This document shows, piece after piece, positions 1 to 14,775 of a stretch of DNA of 64,000 nucleotides. A model generated the notes under the pieces. The model ran no database searches, was not told where the DNA came from, and saw only the letters and a program-made list of their open reading frames with translations. The stretch spans positions 9,362,001 to 9,426,000 of the forward strand of contig OZ059900.1 of NCBI GenBank assembly GCA_964057225.1, in the 5' to 3' direction. This stretch comes from Auanema rhodensis (Eukaryota; Animalia; Nematoda). Numbering within the stretch: position 1 is the first letter of the stretch; each line of letters begins with the position of its first letter. A program made the translations under genes and the position numbers.

Positions 1-3000
1 TCTTAAAGACTGGAACCAGTGACAAACATCTTCCTAGCGATAACATTGAGCAGTAGAATCAAGACCTGTGAAACAAAGTCAAGGAAGTCACGGAGAGCGC
101 AAACGAAGCCTAATCGCTCTCAGCCTTATTCGGCTGTTGTCAACAACGACTCGTCAACGTAACGACGTATATCAGAAAGAAAGTGTGACGCTAATGTTGA
201 AAATGACAGCAACAACCTGATGGATTGGTTGATTCTATCATTGAACTTCAGTCGATTCGTTCCAATTTATTGTCAAAAATCAAACGACGATATCGCTTAC
301 GCCTTGTTGAAGACGGAAGATATGACCAGAGTTTTGAGAGATTGCGCGAAATCAAAGTGCATACTACGCTAATGTGAGAAATAAATGCGGAGAAATTGTA
401 TTAATAGATATAGACTAGAATATTTGCAAAATTAGAATAAACACGTGAAGTTCATGCCAAGATCTGAGCTTATTTCAAGCATAATCTGGTTGGACATCAT
501 CAAATTGCATTAGAGCACCAAAATTTAACTGAATGGAAATTTTTCAATTAAGAGACTAAGACATTTCCATTTTTATATGTACATATTCTGAGGATGATTC
601 AAGCAATCATACTATGAATATATCTTTATTTTGATGAGTTAAAACACATCTGTGAAACATATGAAGTAATAAACTTGCATGAATGCATAAAATTCTCGAG
701 AGCAAAAAATCAAAAAACATTCCGAAGCACTCGAATAAATCGCATATGCGTTAAGATAAATCGGATATAATAATGCGAAATTCATAGCATTTACTTCTTT
801 TAGTTTCAGCCAACTATCACGATTCTCGAGTAATTCAAAGATTTCAAAACATTTGTTCGGAAGTTCATCTTAATGAACACTCTATTCCCTAGCTATTTTT
901 ATCTTCTTTTGCAAATACGGAAGAAAAACTAATAATCAAGGAAAACCATCAGCCTCAAACTACAATTGATCAAGGTCAAACCAGGTAGATGAAAAGTGAC
1001 GTGAAAACGTGAACAGGTAGCGGAAAATGTTAGATTACAAAAACTTTTCATTGACAAATTTGCGTTATTTTCCTGATGATGTTATTGCTTACTACACAGC
1101 AATAGTTCAAAACTTTATCAAGAGCATTTTATGAAAAAAGTTTATCGTATGAACTTTGGCAGAAACATTCTCTTAAATTCGCTATACTGATTCAAGTAAT
1201 TTTCAATGCAGTGACTTGCCATTGTTCAGAAAAGACTTACTTATTTTATTTCCGAACACAGAACAACGATTTACATATTGAGTAGGACAATAAGTTTTCG
1301 AAGTAAGCGGTTCCTATTTTTTTCTAAAAAAAAGACATAGAATAAAGCCCTAAAGCACATGACGAACGACAAATAATGCGGATATCAAAAAAAATCTGAG
1401 GATAACATATGCATACGTAAATGTAGAGAAATTTAAAAAATAATGCAGTTTATGTATTTCTTGCATATGGGGAATTTTGTTTGAAGCCTTAAAAAATATT
1501 GAATAGAAAGTAGATGTCATGTTCGAATTCAAATGTGGTAAAAGTTGTGTATAACTGAGTGAACTAACTAACAGTAGATTCTCAAATAAGCTTAATGATA
1601 AAAGTGAGCGCAACTATCTGTGTAGGAATTCTAGCGACCAGAAGTTGAAACAAAATGAAGAAGATAAGATAATGAAATTTCACCAAACAAACATAATCTA
1701 ACACCGAATGCTATTCAAGACCGATAATCAGAACTCCAAATGTTGAAAAACATATAGACTAATGCATCGTTCTACGTCATGATAACTCATTTCGCACAGA
1801 GAGAAGAGATTAAGGAAGTATTTGAGTGAGACTGTCCGCGCAAACAAACAATAAAACATTAGGATTTTAATGTTACAACAGTTGAAATAAGTGCCAGAGA
1901 TGTTTCTAGCGTATAAGGTCAAAAATTAACTATAAGAGATAAAGTATTAAAAGTTAGTAATGCTATCTAACTGAATTGTAAAAATATTTTTTCGTAGATT
2001 TATCTGATACTGTTTTGAGCACAATATCAGATGCAGATTACCAATTAGTGATGGACGACCTTCCGCTTACGCAATAGCCTCGTCTACCAGACTAATCATG
2101 TATGGAAAATATCTCAAGTCCAAAGGATCAAGAGCGCTTGCGATCATCAGTTCAACTCCGTAATGTCGGTATTTTACCGTAATAAATAAGAGTAACAAAC
2201 AAACATTTTAACAATCAGTCTAGCTTGTGTATAACAGCATTTAACAGTATAACACGTTCTTGCTATTCAATCCCAATCAACAAACTTATTTTTGTGAATT
2301 TAATTCAAAATTAAAAACTAAAGTGCTTGTTGACATAAACTATGGTCAGCGAATTAATTAATTAGTTTAACATGCTAAGAATGAGGTAACAAGCATTAGT
2401 TCATTTTAATGAAATACATTGAGCATTTATACTAAAGCAAGAAAAATAGAAACTTAAAAAATACAGATGATCAAACATGAGGAAAAAGCATTATGAAGCG
2501 GGAGTAGTGTGCCAGAATCAATGAAAGTATATAGTGACAATTTCGGTGTTTCATTTATCATTCATCACTATCCCTTACTTTCAAACTCACAAATTTATGC
2601 GCTGTCTCTCTACCTATCTCACTGACTATAGTATAATCAACAATAAAACTATATAAATATAGACTGTTATTCAAAGCTTACTTTATTATCTTCTACAACT
2701 TTTAAAAAATATGATTGGGAATATATTCTACAAAATAATTCTTTTCGCATATTCATGATTTTGACACGAAATATGCTGAAATGTCAGTAACACGGTTATT
2801 TTCATTTATTGCTACGTTATAAAGTGCATTGTACTTAATGCCAAATTAGGTTTAGAAAGCAAAAAAAAACAAGAATAAGAGGAAGATTGAAATTAAATGC
2901 GATTAAATAATTAACAAATTTATTTCAAGCAAAAGAAAGTTGCTGAAGCACTTATTCAAATGAATATTTGAACTTTAGTTTGATAACCTACTACAAACTG

Positions 3001-6000
3001 ATAATCGATTTATGAATCTATGTCATTTCTATACACTGATAAAATATTCAGGAATTGAACTATTAATTGCATTAAAGAACAATCAAGAAATATTTTTTTG
3101 CTTTTCAAGTTGTGTATTGGGTATAAAACATCATGTATTTGAAAAGAATTGGAAGTTAGTTCAAGTGTAAAGATAAAAATCTGGGAGAAATTGAAAAACC
3201 ATGATGCTTTAGCGCAAGATTTTAGACCATTAAAAACAATGTCAAAATGAGAAATTTGAATCAAGTCAAAAGAGCGCACGTACATGAAAAAACATTTGCA
3301 CTACCACGGCTTGCAATAAAGAACGTTAGAAAGAATTTGCAAACTTTTTTCAAGTTGTTAAAAAAATTTCGTCATGCTGCAAGATTTATCCATTTTTCAT
3401 ATTTTCTAGATTTGCAAAACTAGCCATTGCGCTACGCTTTTATAGACAACTTCCTATCATGGATAGATGATAATGAATTTTGTAGAAGAATGTGGCAATG
3501 GAGAATAAGAAAATTATGAAAATAACTGTCAGATGAAACTGAAATAATTCAAGCTGATGGCAGGAAGGAGATGAGAAGAATGTCAGGGCGAAGCTAGAAA
3601 ATGTAAAAGAAACTGAAGAAATAGATAACAACAAGAGAATGTTCTGTGGATGAGCGAGAAAAGAAAATGAAGTGATGATGAAATGAGAGAATTAGCTAAA
3701 GAGGATATATGAGAGATAGGAAACAGATAGACAATGCACACAAGCTAATCAGAGAAGAAAGGAATCTGCCAACTTGTCAAAAGTTTTGAGAGCACTGATC
3801 TCTTTCAGTCAGCCTCATCCACTATCTATCTCTCATATCTTCTCTATATTTCCTTAAAATTTCAGTTTCCGCTCATCTACACAACTCTTCTCAATGGTTT
3901 TTCAATGTTTCTTTTACGTTATCTGTGGTTTCCATTTCAGCTCTTTCTGCTAAGTCCTCAACACATACGCTTACGTCATTCTAACGTCGTGTATATTCGT
4001 TTTAAAAATATGTCATATTCATTGAACAAATCCCAACCTAGTATATTTTCGCGGAGACAGAGGGATAGATGAACCAGAGTTATAATTTTTTTGAATCTAT
4101 TATTCTGTCTAACACACAGCCCCATACCACTTTCACTTTAAAAAAGAAGTAGCAAATATGAATTAAAATGCTGTTTTCAAGAAAAAAATCGGAGAGATTG
4201 CAACCTCAAGATAATAAATTACTGAAAGCTTGGACCACTTATCAGACATTTCTAGTTGAACTTATATTTGCTTTTCGTGATAAGGACCTGCTTTATTAGC
4301 ATTAATTGCTTATACATATATAACAGAGTATATAAACGCTTAGTTCCAATGCGTGTCAACGAAATTATAATATTATCAACCAAACAACTATAAGAAGCAT
4401 TTTACCAGCAAAACGATTAATAAAACAAAGAAATAAAATTTGTTGGATAACTAAGAGACATCAACGTAACCATGATATAAACTTATCACCAACAGTAGAG
4501 ATCACTGTTCACTTGTTTGGAAATGTTGCAAGCCGTACCTTGAAACTTTTTTATCGATACGAGAAAAAAAATGTTAAAGTTCAGTGTGGTGAAGTTAACC
4601 TCAATGTACAAACCTTTGCTCATTCTCTGAAGTTTATTTTTTTGTCATGCTACGCATAAGCTTAACCAAACTATGCACTGGTTTGTATGTATAGTTAGGC
4701 CTTCTTTTCCACCGTACTTTGTTCTTAGATGTGGCTTGATAAACATTGCGCATATAAAGTTCTGTTGAATTCACTCGCACGCAAGCAAATAATTGTACAA
4801 ATATCGGAAGAAAGTAAAAAATCACGTAAGCGAACTGATTGAAAAAGTTGCAAAAAATTAATAAACTTTCTAAAGTTGCATATAGCGGCATTCTAGGTTG
4901 GATGCTGCATTCGTAATATATTTGAAAATAATTTTTGTCAAGCTTAGGAAAAGAAAGAGAAACACTGAAGAAATATATAGCATAAAACCCAACGACCTAC
5001 GTGGTTAGCTCTAAAAGAAAATCGCACATGTTGGTCATAAATGTTTTTTAGAAACATAAAGAAAAATTGAGGGGCTTTTAAAAGTAAATGAGGTCGTTCG
5101 AATCATATCTTTTGAATATACTTTGTGTGATAACTGTTAAACTATGCAGTATTTAGTTTAGAACATATTAGAAGAAAGACAAGATAGACCAAAAAAATAT
5201 ATATTTCAAAGAAGAATTAAAGAGAATTAAAAAATTGACAAAAACATGAAACGTATGTGGGTAGTCAGTTCCCCTCGGGATAACTATTCTTTATAGAGAA
5301 ATTTTTTAGCTCTGCATTTCATAACGCCCATATGCAAGGCTAAAAATACATGAGCATACGAAATCGAAAAAGAATGCCCATCGGCTGCATAGCCACAGTT
5401 AAGCCAGGAAGCCACATTTCAGGAAATCCAAGATTAATAACAGCCTTAAGATATAAGATTAAGCTGTTCGCATTCTAAAGAGCATACGCATTTTCTTTTT
5501 CCGCTAGAAAAAACCATTAAGATTTAGAAAAAAGGAAAGTAATTGAATTTCACCGAATCACAAATAATACCAAATAGTAATGCTGGGAGAATATGTGAGG
5601 TAATCTCATAAAGAGTAAAGCCATAAAATGCAAAAATCTTTTCCCGTTCAAATGATTTTCGTTAGCTCAATGCACGTCAAATTCTTAGAAATTGCTTGAC
5701 AATTATTACGAAATATTGCAGAATTCATTGCATACTAAACGCAGTTATAGTGGCACATGGTATTATTAAGTTATATTTAGGCCCACTATGTCAGAGCAGT
5801 GAAAGTTGAGTTATATGATATGGTTGAGCAGCTGCTCATATTCATCCGAAAGTTCTTAAACTGGCGGAACTTTCACAAAAAAAAGCGAAGCAACGCAAAG
5901 AAATATTGTTTGAAGAAGTGGGTAGTATTACGACGTCGAAGAGATAAGTGCTACTATGTGATCAAGTTTCAGAGGGTAAATGATCAAAAATTCATATGAA

Positions 6001-6269
6001 AGAAGCAAAGCATACTGTTGAAAGCATTAATCGTATTTTTTCCTTGTTGGAAACTAAGCATACGAAAGGCAAAGTTTAATTTATATGGTGTACTTCCACT
6101 CAGAGTGGTGCTGATTACGCCATAATGATGCAAAGTCCACTAGTCGTCTTACAAAAAAAGTTAAAGTTCTATCCAAATACAAATAACCGAAAATGTTCGG
6201 AAAAAATTTCTAATACATGCACAAACCAACCTTACTATTTTGATGCATGGGAAATAAAAAGAGACTTAC

Positions 6270-7464
6270 TCGTGTAAAAAAGAGCGAACAGTTTTGACTT
6301 TTCTACTGAAAATAGTAATCATGAGATTTACTTGCATAACTTGTATAAAAAAAAAACTTACTTGTTGTTGGAAGAAACACGATGACGATTAGAGGTTTGC
6401 GATCTGAAATAAAGAGCATGTAGGAAGAAGATTCAAAAAGGTATTTAAATTATTTTCATGAGAAAATGCGATTGAGGTCAGATAAATAGCTAAACACGTT
6501 TTTTAAGACGCTTATCTGCTTATGATATATCTGTTATCATCACTTAATCAACAAGACCACCACAGGTGATTTATTCGTAATTAGAGCAGTCTATTCAAAC
6601 CGGCTCCCGATAACCAATGTTATATTCTATATGCCTATTTATCTGATAGTGAAGGTTTCCGCTATCTTATGAAATGAACATAGGATATAGAATTCTTAAT
6701 CTCTTTCTGAGCAAAAATTAATGCTGCTGAGACAAATAGTATAAATAGTAATGAATTTGCGTAAGCAAACTGATTAACTGGAGCATGTAAATGAAAAAAT
6801 CTTTCAAATTGAATACGCAGGCACGTTTCATATAATGAAAATGATGAAACTTTTCAAATTATTCGCGAAAGATAACAAATTAGCAAGTACAAGGAAATAC
6901 GTTAGCAGGAAAAACTGGTGCTTATGTGCTCTTTATACAATTATCGGAATGATTTTCTTTTATAGGAAAGTTGAGGGCATTTGTGCTCTTATCACAATGT
7001 CCGTAATGAAGGGAACAAAATAGCATATTGGAAAACGATAAATACTTTGAAAAAGAAAAAAAAACTATGCAGATGAATAAATGAATGAAACTAGAAAATC
7101 TTACTTGGATGGAGAGACTTGCGGTTTTTCATCCTCAGACTCCGTAGACGATACATTTGCCATACTCATTTCAATGTCGCCTATAGGACTGACTGCTGGC
7201 TACAAATAAAAAGCAGCAGTTAAAAATATAATATTAATGAATAATTTCAGTCAGATTTATACATAAAATGTTTAAATTGTTATTTTCTTAATTTCTCACC
7301 TTAACATCACCAGATGACTCAGGAGAAATTGGTGGTGTTGAAGGACCTTGCTTCTGAAATATAATTATTAAAACCCGGAAATTTTAAAAACAACTTAAGA
7401 AAAAAATTAACTGTAAAAAAATGACCTCTGTAATTTCACCATCTTTCTCGTTCAAAACAACCAT
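6270..7464 (-). CDS. 5' part of an unknown multi-exon gene with a Ser/Pro-rich N-terminus; the 3' exons were not found and probably lie further left
   Basis: Five in-frame exons with canonical GT/AG sites and consistent phases: 7464-7426, 7353-7300, 7199-7105, 6403-6362, 6305-6270. Product: MVVLNEKDGEITEKQGPSTPPISPESSGDVKPAVSPIGDIEMSMANVSSTESEDEKPQVSPSKSQTSNRHRVSSNNNRKVKTVRSFLH. Confidence 0.6.
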
Positions 7465-10400
7465 TGCACTAATTTATTGTTTCAAGATTGCACTGAATAT
7501 GTGATATAAGAGTAAATTTAATATGATATGAAAATTAAAAAAAATAAAGTGTTACTCTATAAAAATAATACAAAAAAGGAGAAAGAATTAAATTAGTAAT
7601 AAGAATATGAAGAAAAAAATTCAAAAAAAATTAAATCGAAATACGCATTTTGTCGTCGAGTGATGTTCAAATGACGCTATGTACGCTAAACACAGTGCGA
7701 CCTAGTTCTTTTTTCAAAAAATATTTCATATTGAATAAAACCTTCAAAATCTATTATCTGATTACTTTTATATTTTATTTTGTAGAAATAATGCTTCTCG
7801 TGAGGATAAAGTTTTTTTTTTCAAATTTGAAGCCACATATCTAAGTATTGTTCAATGTTTCAAAAATTTAGAAATATTGCTAAGGCGCTGATAAATTATA
7901 AACAAGCTCCCCGTACTTGATGAAAACAAAAAAATTAAATAAGATACTATTCACTCTAACTAAATATTTTATAAGTTCAACTAAAATTTTTGAAAAAAAA
8001 CTGTGTTTCTTTGTAATAAAATGTTCACATAGAACTCAAAGCAAATTAAATTGATGGATTTAAGAACATGAAAATGTAATCAGGATGACAATAATTTTTA
8101 TGTTTCATTACATACATTTTTATATATTTAAACATATTGATTTTATCTTGATCTCGTCTCTAATAATATGTAGCTATGTAGTTTGTTAAAGTCAAAACTA
8201 CAAGTCGAGTTTGTAATACAACATTGTCCCCCCTTATACAATCTTTTTCGTTGATTGCGATATTGTAGTTTATTACAATTCTCATTAAAGACAAAGAATG
8301 TTTTTATAGAATTAATGATCCTTTGGAAACTAAACTTGTAAAATGTATGGTTGAGCATAATATGTCATTAGTTATGTCTTCTGCATTACATTCATGTATT
8401 CATATGAAATCTGAGAAAGTTTCTCTTATTTCTGTTTGGAATAAAAATTGTTCATTGATGATTCGATTAATTTATCATATTCTTAAAAACGTTTTAAAGC
8501 AAATACGGGGATGAGAGGTTTATAAAATATTTATTTGATAGTAATGAAAAAGATATAAATATATATTTAATATTAATACCTTGAAAGCTGAGGATAAAAC
8601 AGACCATCCTCTATTTTTTTAAATTCCAAACGGTTGAAAAAACTTATACAAAGTGAAATGAAATTAATATCATAGTAAAATAGTGAATGACAATGTACGG
8701 AAACCATTTTCATATTGGCAGTCATGGTCAACCCGATAAAAAAAATACAAAAAAGAGGATCACAAACAAAATTTTTATGATAAAATGAGAAAATTAACGA
8801 CAAATGCGGGAAGTAATGGTTAGAAAATCCAAGAAAAAAAGTGGTTTGACTGTTAAAGCAAAAATGCAGCAATGATAAAATATCAAAGGACAATTGACAA
8901 TTTGGTTATCGAAGCAAAAAAAAAGATGTTTTATAGAATTATCGATAAATGTCATTAATAGAAGATATGAAAAGCAATCAATGTGTCTCATTAGTGGATT
9001 AGTTTGTGCATTCGTTATATAGATGTAAGTGAAGACTAAGTTACACTAATAGGCTATAATATGAATGATGAAATTGTGAACAAATTGTATAATATTATAA
9101 TTTCTAAAATTATTTTTAAATATGCAATTAAAATAAATAATACAAACTGGTTAGTTTGAAATGTGTTTTCATCTTATATTAGAGTGAAAAAGAAAATTAT
9201 CATTTTTTGGTTATAAAACAAAGAAATTTGTTCAAATTTGATACTTTTCTCATTGGTTAATCCAAGTCTGTCTCCATTTTCCTCATTTGTCTCATTTCAC
9301 TTATACATCTTTTAACTTTGATTGTCGCCCTACTTTCAATTGCTGTTGACGCGGAGAACGCTACGTGAACATCGTAGACGCAGATTCAAAGAACATGATT
9401 TGCTAGAATATTTGAGAAAGATAGAGAAACAGGACAAAAATACGATGTAGGTTGAAACTAAAAACAAGGAGAAGAAAATGACATAACGAGAAGAGAAAGT
9501 CAGAAAATAAAGAAGAAATATGCAATACGAGAGAATTAGATTAATAAGCAAAAATTGTTGGTTAAGAAACTAGCTAGAATCATTGTGAACATGATGATGG
9601 CCCAGGTGTTGAAAGAAAGTTGTTGGATTATAAACAAAAAATTATAGAAAGATGGTTAGAGAGTAATGAGATGTGAAGGTAAAGTAAAATAATTCTTTGA
9701 GAGAGTTAGAGAAAACAAGAGAGAAGAAACCTATGAGAGGTTCAACAGCAGAGAGAAAGGGCGGGAAGTAAATAGGCTTTGTTAAGGATGGCAATTCAAT
9801 AGAAAACGAAGAAAAGGTATTTCAGATGGCAATTAGCAAGCATGACCCTTAACAGCATCAGTTATGCAGTTTTACCACAAGGTCTACGAACCCTATCGAT
9901 CAGTTGCTATTGTAAATTGGTTAATGACTACACTCGTTGTTCTTGCTCTCGAACACGGTTATGAGAACTGTGCGTTGTTGTTCCGTCAATGATATTTTCA
10001 AGTATTTCCATGCCAAATACATATTCAGTCACTGCTAACGCCCAATGATTGAGTAACCGATTGAAATGCCATGTTTTCGTCTAAAAAAACCTTGACTTTT
10101 TCTTTCACTTTTGTCATAACCGCACCTCTTCTCACTAATATATCAACCGGAACATTTTTTAAATTATTGCAAAATTGTCATGTTTTTTCTCATTTGATTA
10201 GAATTTTTTTTGCAAATTTACAAATTCAAATTTGTTTATTTTATATGTCATCCTTGTTATTTTATCGTTTTAACTCGCCATGATTCTTCCTTCTAATTTT
10301 CAAATTTAACCTTTCCGAAATGATCGCTGAGACTAGTAATGCCAAAACGTTGTCGTTGACTCATTAGTAAAGAAATGTGAAGAACAACTTGACATTCAAC

Positions 10401-10969
10401 ACAATTTATCAAATTTTTTTCGAGGTTTTGTTATTAAACAATTCGGTATAAAAATTCCTAATTGTTTCATCATAATTGTTTTTAATTTCGAAATCAATTC
10501 ATATTTTTGATGATATTGAGCTTATTCCAAAATTTTAGTCATTTTCGTCAACTTCAAAAAGGGGGGTTCGTTACTCATCGCTTCAATATATAACTCTCAT
10601 GAAAATGCCTTTATATCAATTGTCCAGCATTGTGCGCAACCAGAAACTACTTGTTCTTCAACATTTTCTTCAGGTTTTATCAGCAAATCGCATGATCATC
10701 ATACCTTTTTCTAATTTCTGACCTAACTCTCATACATCTTTATTCTATTCATAACTTTTTGTTACATTCTGTTTCTTTTTCTGTTTATAATTACTAATTA
10801 AATATATATTCACATGATAAATCAGTATAACACTCCCACTTATTCTCTCAAGTTTAGTTATACTGTTTGTGTGATTTCAGATATTTAGTTTAATTAACTA
10901 GTACTTCGTTATAAAACTTCTTCTGCGTTCTTCTTTTCATTCACATTTTTTAGATTGAATATATTAGGC

Positions 10970-13900
10970 ATGAGGTTAGCATTGACTATTCTGGCGATTA
11001 GCCACTTGACATTGGTCGTAGCCGATATACTTGGAAATGGCATTGTCGGTACGTTTAATATGTTCTTTCAAATTGTAAACTGCTCTCCAAGTTGGAAAAT
11101 TTTAATGCTTTTGTATCAATTGAGAACAAAGTAAAATCTTAACTTTCCACAATTTTCCTCAATCGTGTTTCAATGTCATTCATTTCTTTGTTCATGAAAT
11201 GTGCAACTATTCTGAACATTAATCCAAGAAGATGGAGAAAAAAGTTATGTTTTCAAAATGAAAAGAGGAAAAAGAAATTAAATTGAGATCTCTGATCAAT
11301 TCTTAAAAAATAAAATAAAATAATTACTAAATAAACTTATCTAAAAGTCTCAAAAAAGCTCAAATTGTTAAAATTGAACATTGGTCCCTCTCAAAAGCAT
11401 CGCGTATTATATATCTAGTGCACCGCTGTTTATATCTTCCGGGCAAGCTTTTACCATCTATCTCTTTTTGTTTATCTTTATGATTAACATTAAATCTTTC
11501 ATTTAAGACAAAGATCAGTTTTAATATAAGAACTGTAATGTTTTAATAATCTTGCCTATATCAATCTCAGCTAGGCATTCAAGCTCACACTCTTTTTTGC
11601 CTTTTAATTATTTGAGAACACTTACACATATCAATTTAATGTTGATCATGTTAATCATCATTTCTTATATTTCTCATTATGTCATTTGTCTTATTTCCTT
11701 TTTTGCTTGTGTGTGACGGCATTCGATAGTTAATTTCCCATAAAAGCGCTCAATTACTTTATATATTTCGATGTCAATGCCACAAATGTCATTCGCTAAC
11801 TATAGAAGTGTTCAATCAAAGCATCATATCAAACTATTTTGTAATCAACATCATGCACAACGAATATCACACAGGTTTTTTTCTTCTTAGGTTTCCCAGA
11901 AAGAAGAATTATTATAGAAAACTGTCTCTTTCATTCAGCGATTGCAAGACTATTCAATAAAACATATGCTGTTCAAGTTTCTTAAGTAGCCTTTTATTGC
12001 TGTGTTAACTGATGGGGAAAAATATGAATAAACGAAAAAAAAACAGAAATTCATTCAGTTCAATCCCAGCTGTATAATCCGTCCCGTTTTGGAAATACGA
12101 GATTCAATCAGATATTAGCCCACAAAACAGGTTTATAGAGTTCTTGTACTACCACAAACGCATTTTTCTTTTCATTTTTCAGCGCATTGAATTTGAAAGT
12201 GCATTTTAACAGTAACATTAACTAAAAACAACATCCTTTGATAGAACGAGTAGAAAAGCTGCATGACAATGATCACAATGAATACAAATATAATCAACAA
12301 ATGGATTCAAGCTGCGGCATTAGCATTCAATCCGTTATATTCATTGTTTGAAAGTAAACTTTACGTTTTGAGATATGATATGAAAACTATTTTCCATAAT
12401 TCATTGAACAAATAGAAATCAATTTAATTTCATTTTCTCAACTTCAACATGTTTAAATAGGTGTTCAATTAACGTTAAATGAGCATCTTATCGTTAGAAA
12501 CGAATATCTCGTGTAAATATTCGGTATAACTGTTAAGCTGAGTGGCATCAAACAATTGTCAATCGCTTTATTATTTAGCAAACATAGATTTGTGATCATA
12601 ATTGTTTTTCTCTTACATCATTGCATGCACTTTTGAATGAGGATCTCTATTTTTCATTCGATTTGTAAAGCTTGATGATATTGATAAGCGAAATGCATAT
12701 AAGTTTAATCTTTTGCAGATGAGCCAAAAGTGGAATGTGGAGCAGATAGTTTGAATGTTGCTATTAACACTTTGGAGGCATTTGAAGGACATGTCTATGT
12801 TAAAGAACAATATGGGTAAGCTGTTTTTATTTGCATTTAAAATTCAAAATAATATACTAAACCCTAATGTTTGATAGAAATTTATTAAAATCATATTTAT
12901 AAATGTATATATATGTGTAGTCTATCAGATCATTAAATTTTTAATATCTGACAATTAGATGAATTGATGCAGTTTAAGCTTTAAATAGATTGATGCACAG
13001 GTGGGCAGAAAAGAGAGGATAAGCTGAGCACAAAGCTATCTGGTTACAATAATGAAACAAAATGCACAAAGAAGAAAGAGATACGGCTGTGAGCGCTGAG
13101 TTGAAAGAGATATCTCTCAGAAAATAATGTAAAAAATGAAATACAGATAAATATAATTCTAATTATATTATATAATTATTATAAATAATTGATCACATCC
13201 CCAATATTCAACAACATAAACTTATTGTTTAGCAAAGAATTGTGCCGTTCTTCCCCAACACTAATTAATTCTGTGAATTTAACAATTGACTATGAACAAT
13301 GTCAAGTGAAGAAAACTAGATTGGTAAGCAAATTATACTTCATAAATCACTTTTATTTCGTTTTTGTGAGAAAAAAAACTATACGTTTAATCTATGTTTA
13401 GGCCGAAGGAATTGAAATTTCAACCACAATTATTATCTCGTTTCACCCGGTATACTAACGTGAAGTAAAGTTATTTCTAATTATTCTGCTTATTATCAGA
13501 TGTTCCAAACTAAAGCTGACAGAACGTTTAATGTTGAGTGCTTCTACGCTGAATTGAAAAATAATGTGGAAAATGAATTGAAATTAGAGTAAGTAGCTAT
13601 AAATAGTCAAATAAACAATACAAATATAGTTTTAACTATAGAATAGTTTATATAAACATATACGTGTATATCTATATACAGAAGAAATTTTGATATAAAC
13701 AAGATTATATGAGCTAATTCAGGCTTAGTGATGAAGACAATTCTAAAGTTCTTCGTGGTGTTGGAGATAGAATCAAGTATAAATATTTAGTTGAGAAGTT
13801 TTTTTAAATTATGAAATTGCAGTGGATCACAATATTCAAATGTTTCATCAATTCTCCCCGAATGCAAATATGAGGTGATACTAGGCTTCCAATAAAATTT

Positions 13901-14775
13901 TTAAATATATCTATGCTAACTAGGTTCTAACAGCTAAAGATGGATCTCCAGTTACAGTTACAAAACTTGGGGAATCAGTTTATCATCGTTGGTCATGTGA
14001 TTATTCGGGAACAGGTCTTCTACTCATTCATATATTTGTGATCAACCGATTTTTTTCATATTTCAGAAAACTTTTGTGCTACTGTTCACACATGTTCGGT
14101 TCATGATGCCAATATGGTATCAGTTCTACTGTTGGACGAAAATGGTTGTGCAACAGACAAGTAATGACTTGATAATTTGGTGAAAAAAAATTTGTTTTTT
14201 ATAGATTTTTGCTGAACAATCTAGAATATACGTCTGATTTGGTTGGAGGACGTGAGGCTGATGTAAGCTGCTTTCTTATTTATTTCAGAACATACATGTA
14301 TAATTTGAAATAATTAAAGGTCTTCAAGTTTGCTGACCAAGCTATAATCTACTTCCAATGTTCGATTCGTTTGACATTGAAGAACAATGGAGTTTGCGAG
14401 GTTGGAATACAAATTACATGTGTTCTTTCTCAATATTACAGTTCAGCGTACATCTGATAATTGCCCAAGCCCGCTACGTGGCAAACGTTCTACTGACCAA
14501 GAGACTCAATCTGTTCGATCTCAGTTGCTCAATATTCTAGATTACAATGACCCTCACAGTAAGCTAAGATAATAGCAAGCTAACATTCATTAATTACTAT
14601 TCCAGTTGTGCTAATTGAGAAGCCAAAGGATATGACATGCATTACTACATCATTTTTCTTTGGCGGCATCTTCCTTTTAGCTACTTTGATCGTGATATCA
14701 ACTATATCTATTGCCATGTTCGTATGTCGTGCCTGCTCCAAAACATATGTTGTTAAAATGAATGATCTTGAATGA
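10970..14775 (+). CDS. Cuticlin-like ZP-domain protein (signal peptide, ZP module, furin-type RGKR site, C-terminal TM helix)
   Basis: Twelve phase-consistent exons: 10970-11048, 12719-12815, 13233-13323, 13402-13449, 13500-13588, 13823-13874, 13924-14014, 14067-14160, 14205-14262, 14320-14400, 14447-14558, 14606-14775. Cuticlin motifs include [56 protein letters not shown] and [14 protein letters not shown]. Confidence 0.93.

Noticed and set aside
1-376. Coding-like composition at the window start (e.g. PDGLVDSIIELQSIRSNLLSKIKRRYRL...)
   Set aside because: Several frames are partly open, but I could not build a consistent splice model or recognise a product.
11380-11400. ATTGGTCCCTCTCAAAAGC similar to mir-245/mir-133
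   Set aside because: No complementary arm to form a precursor hairpin.
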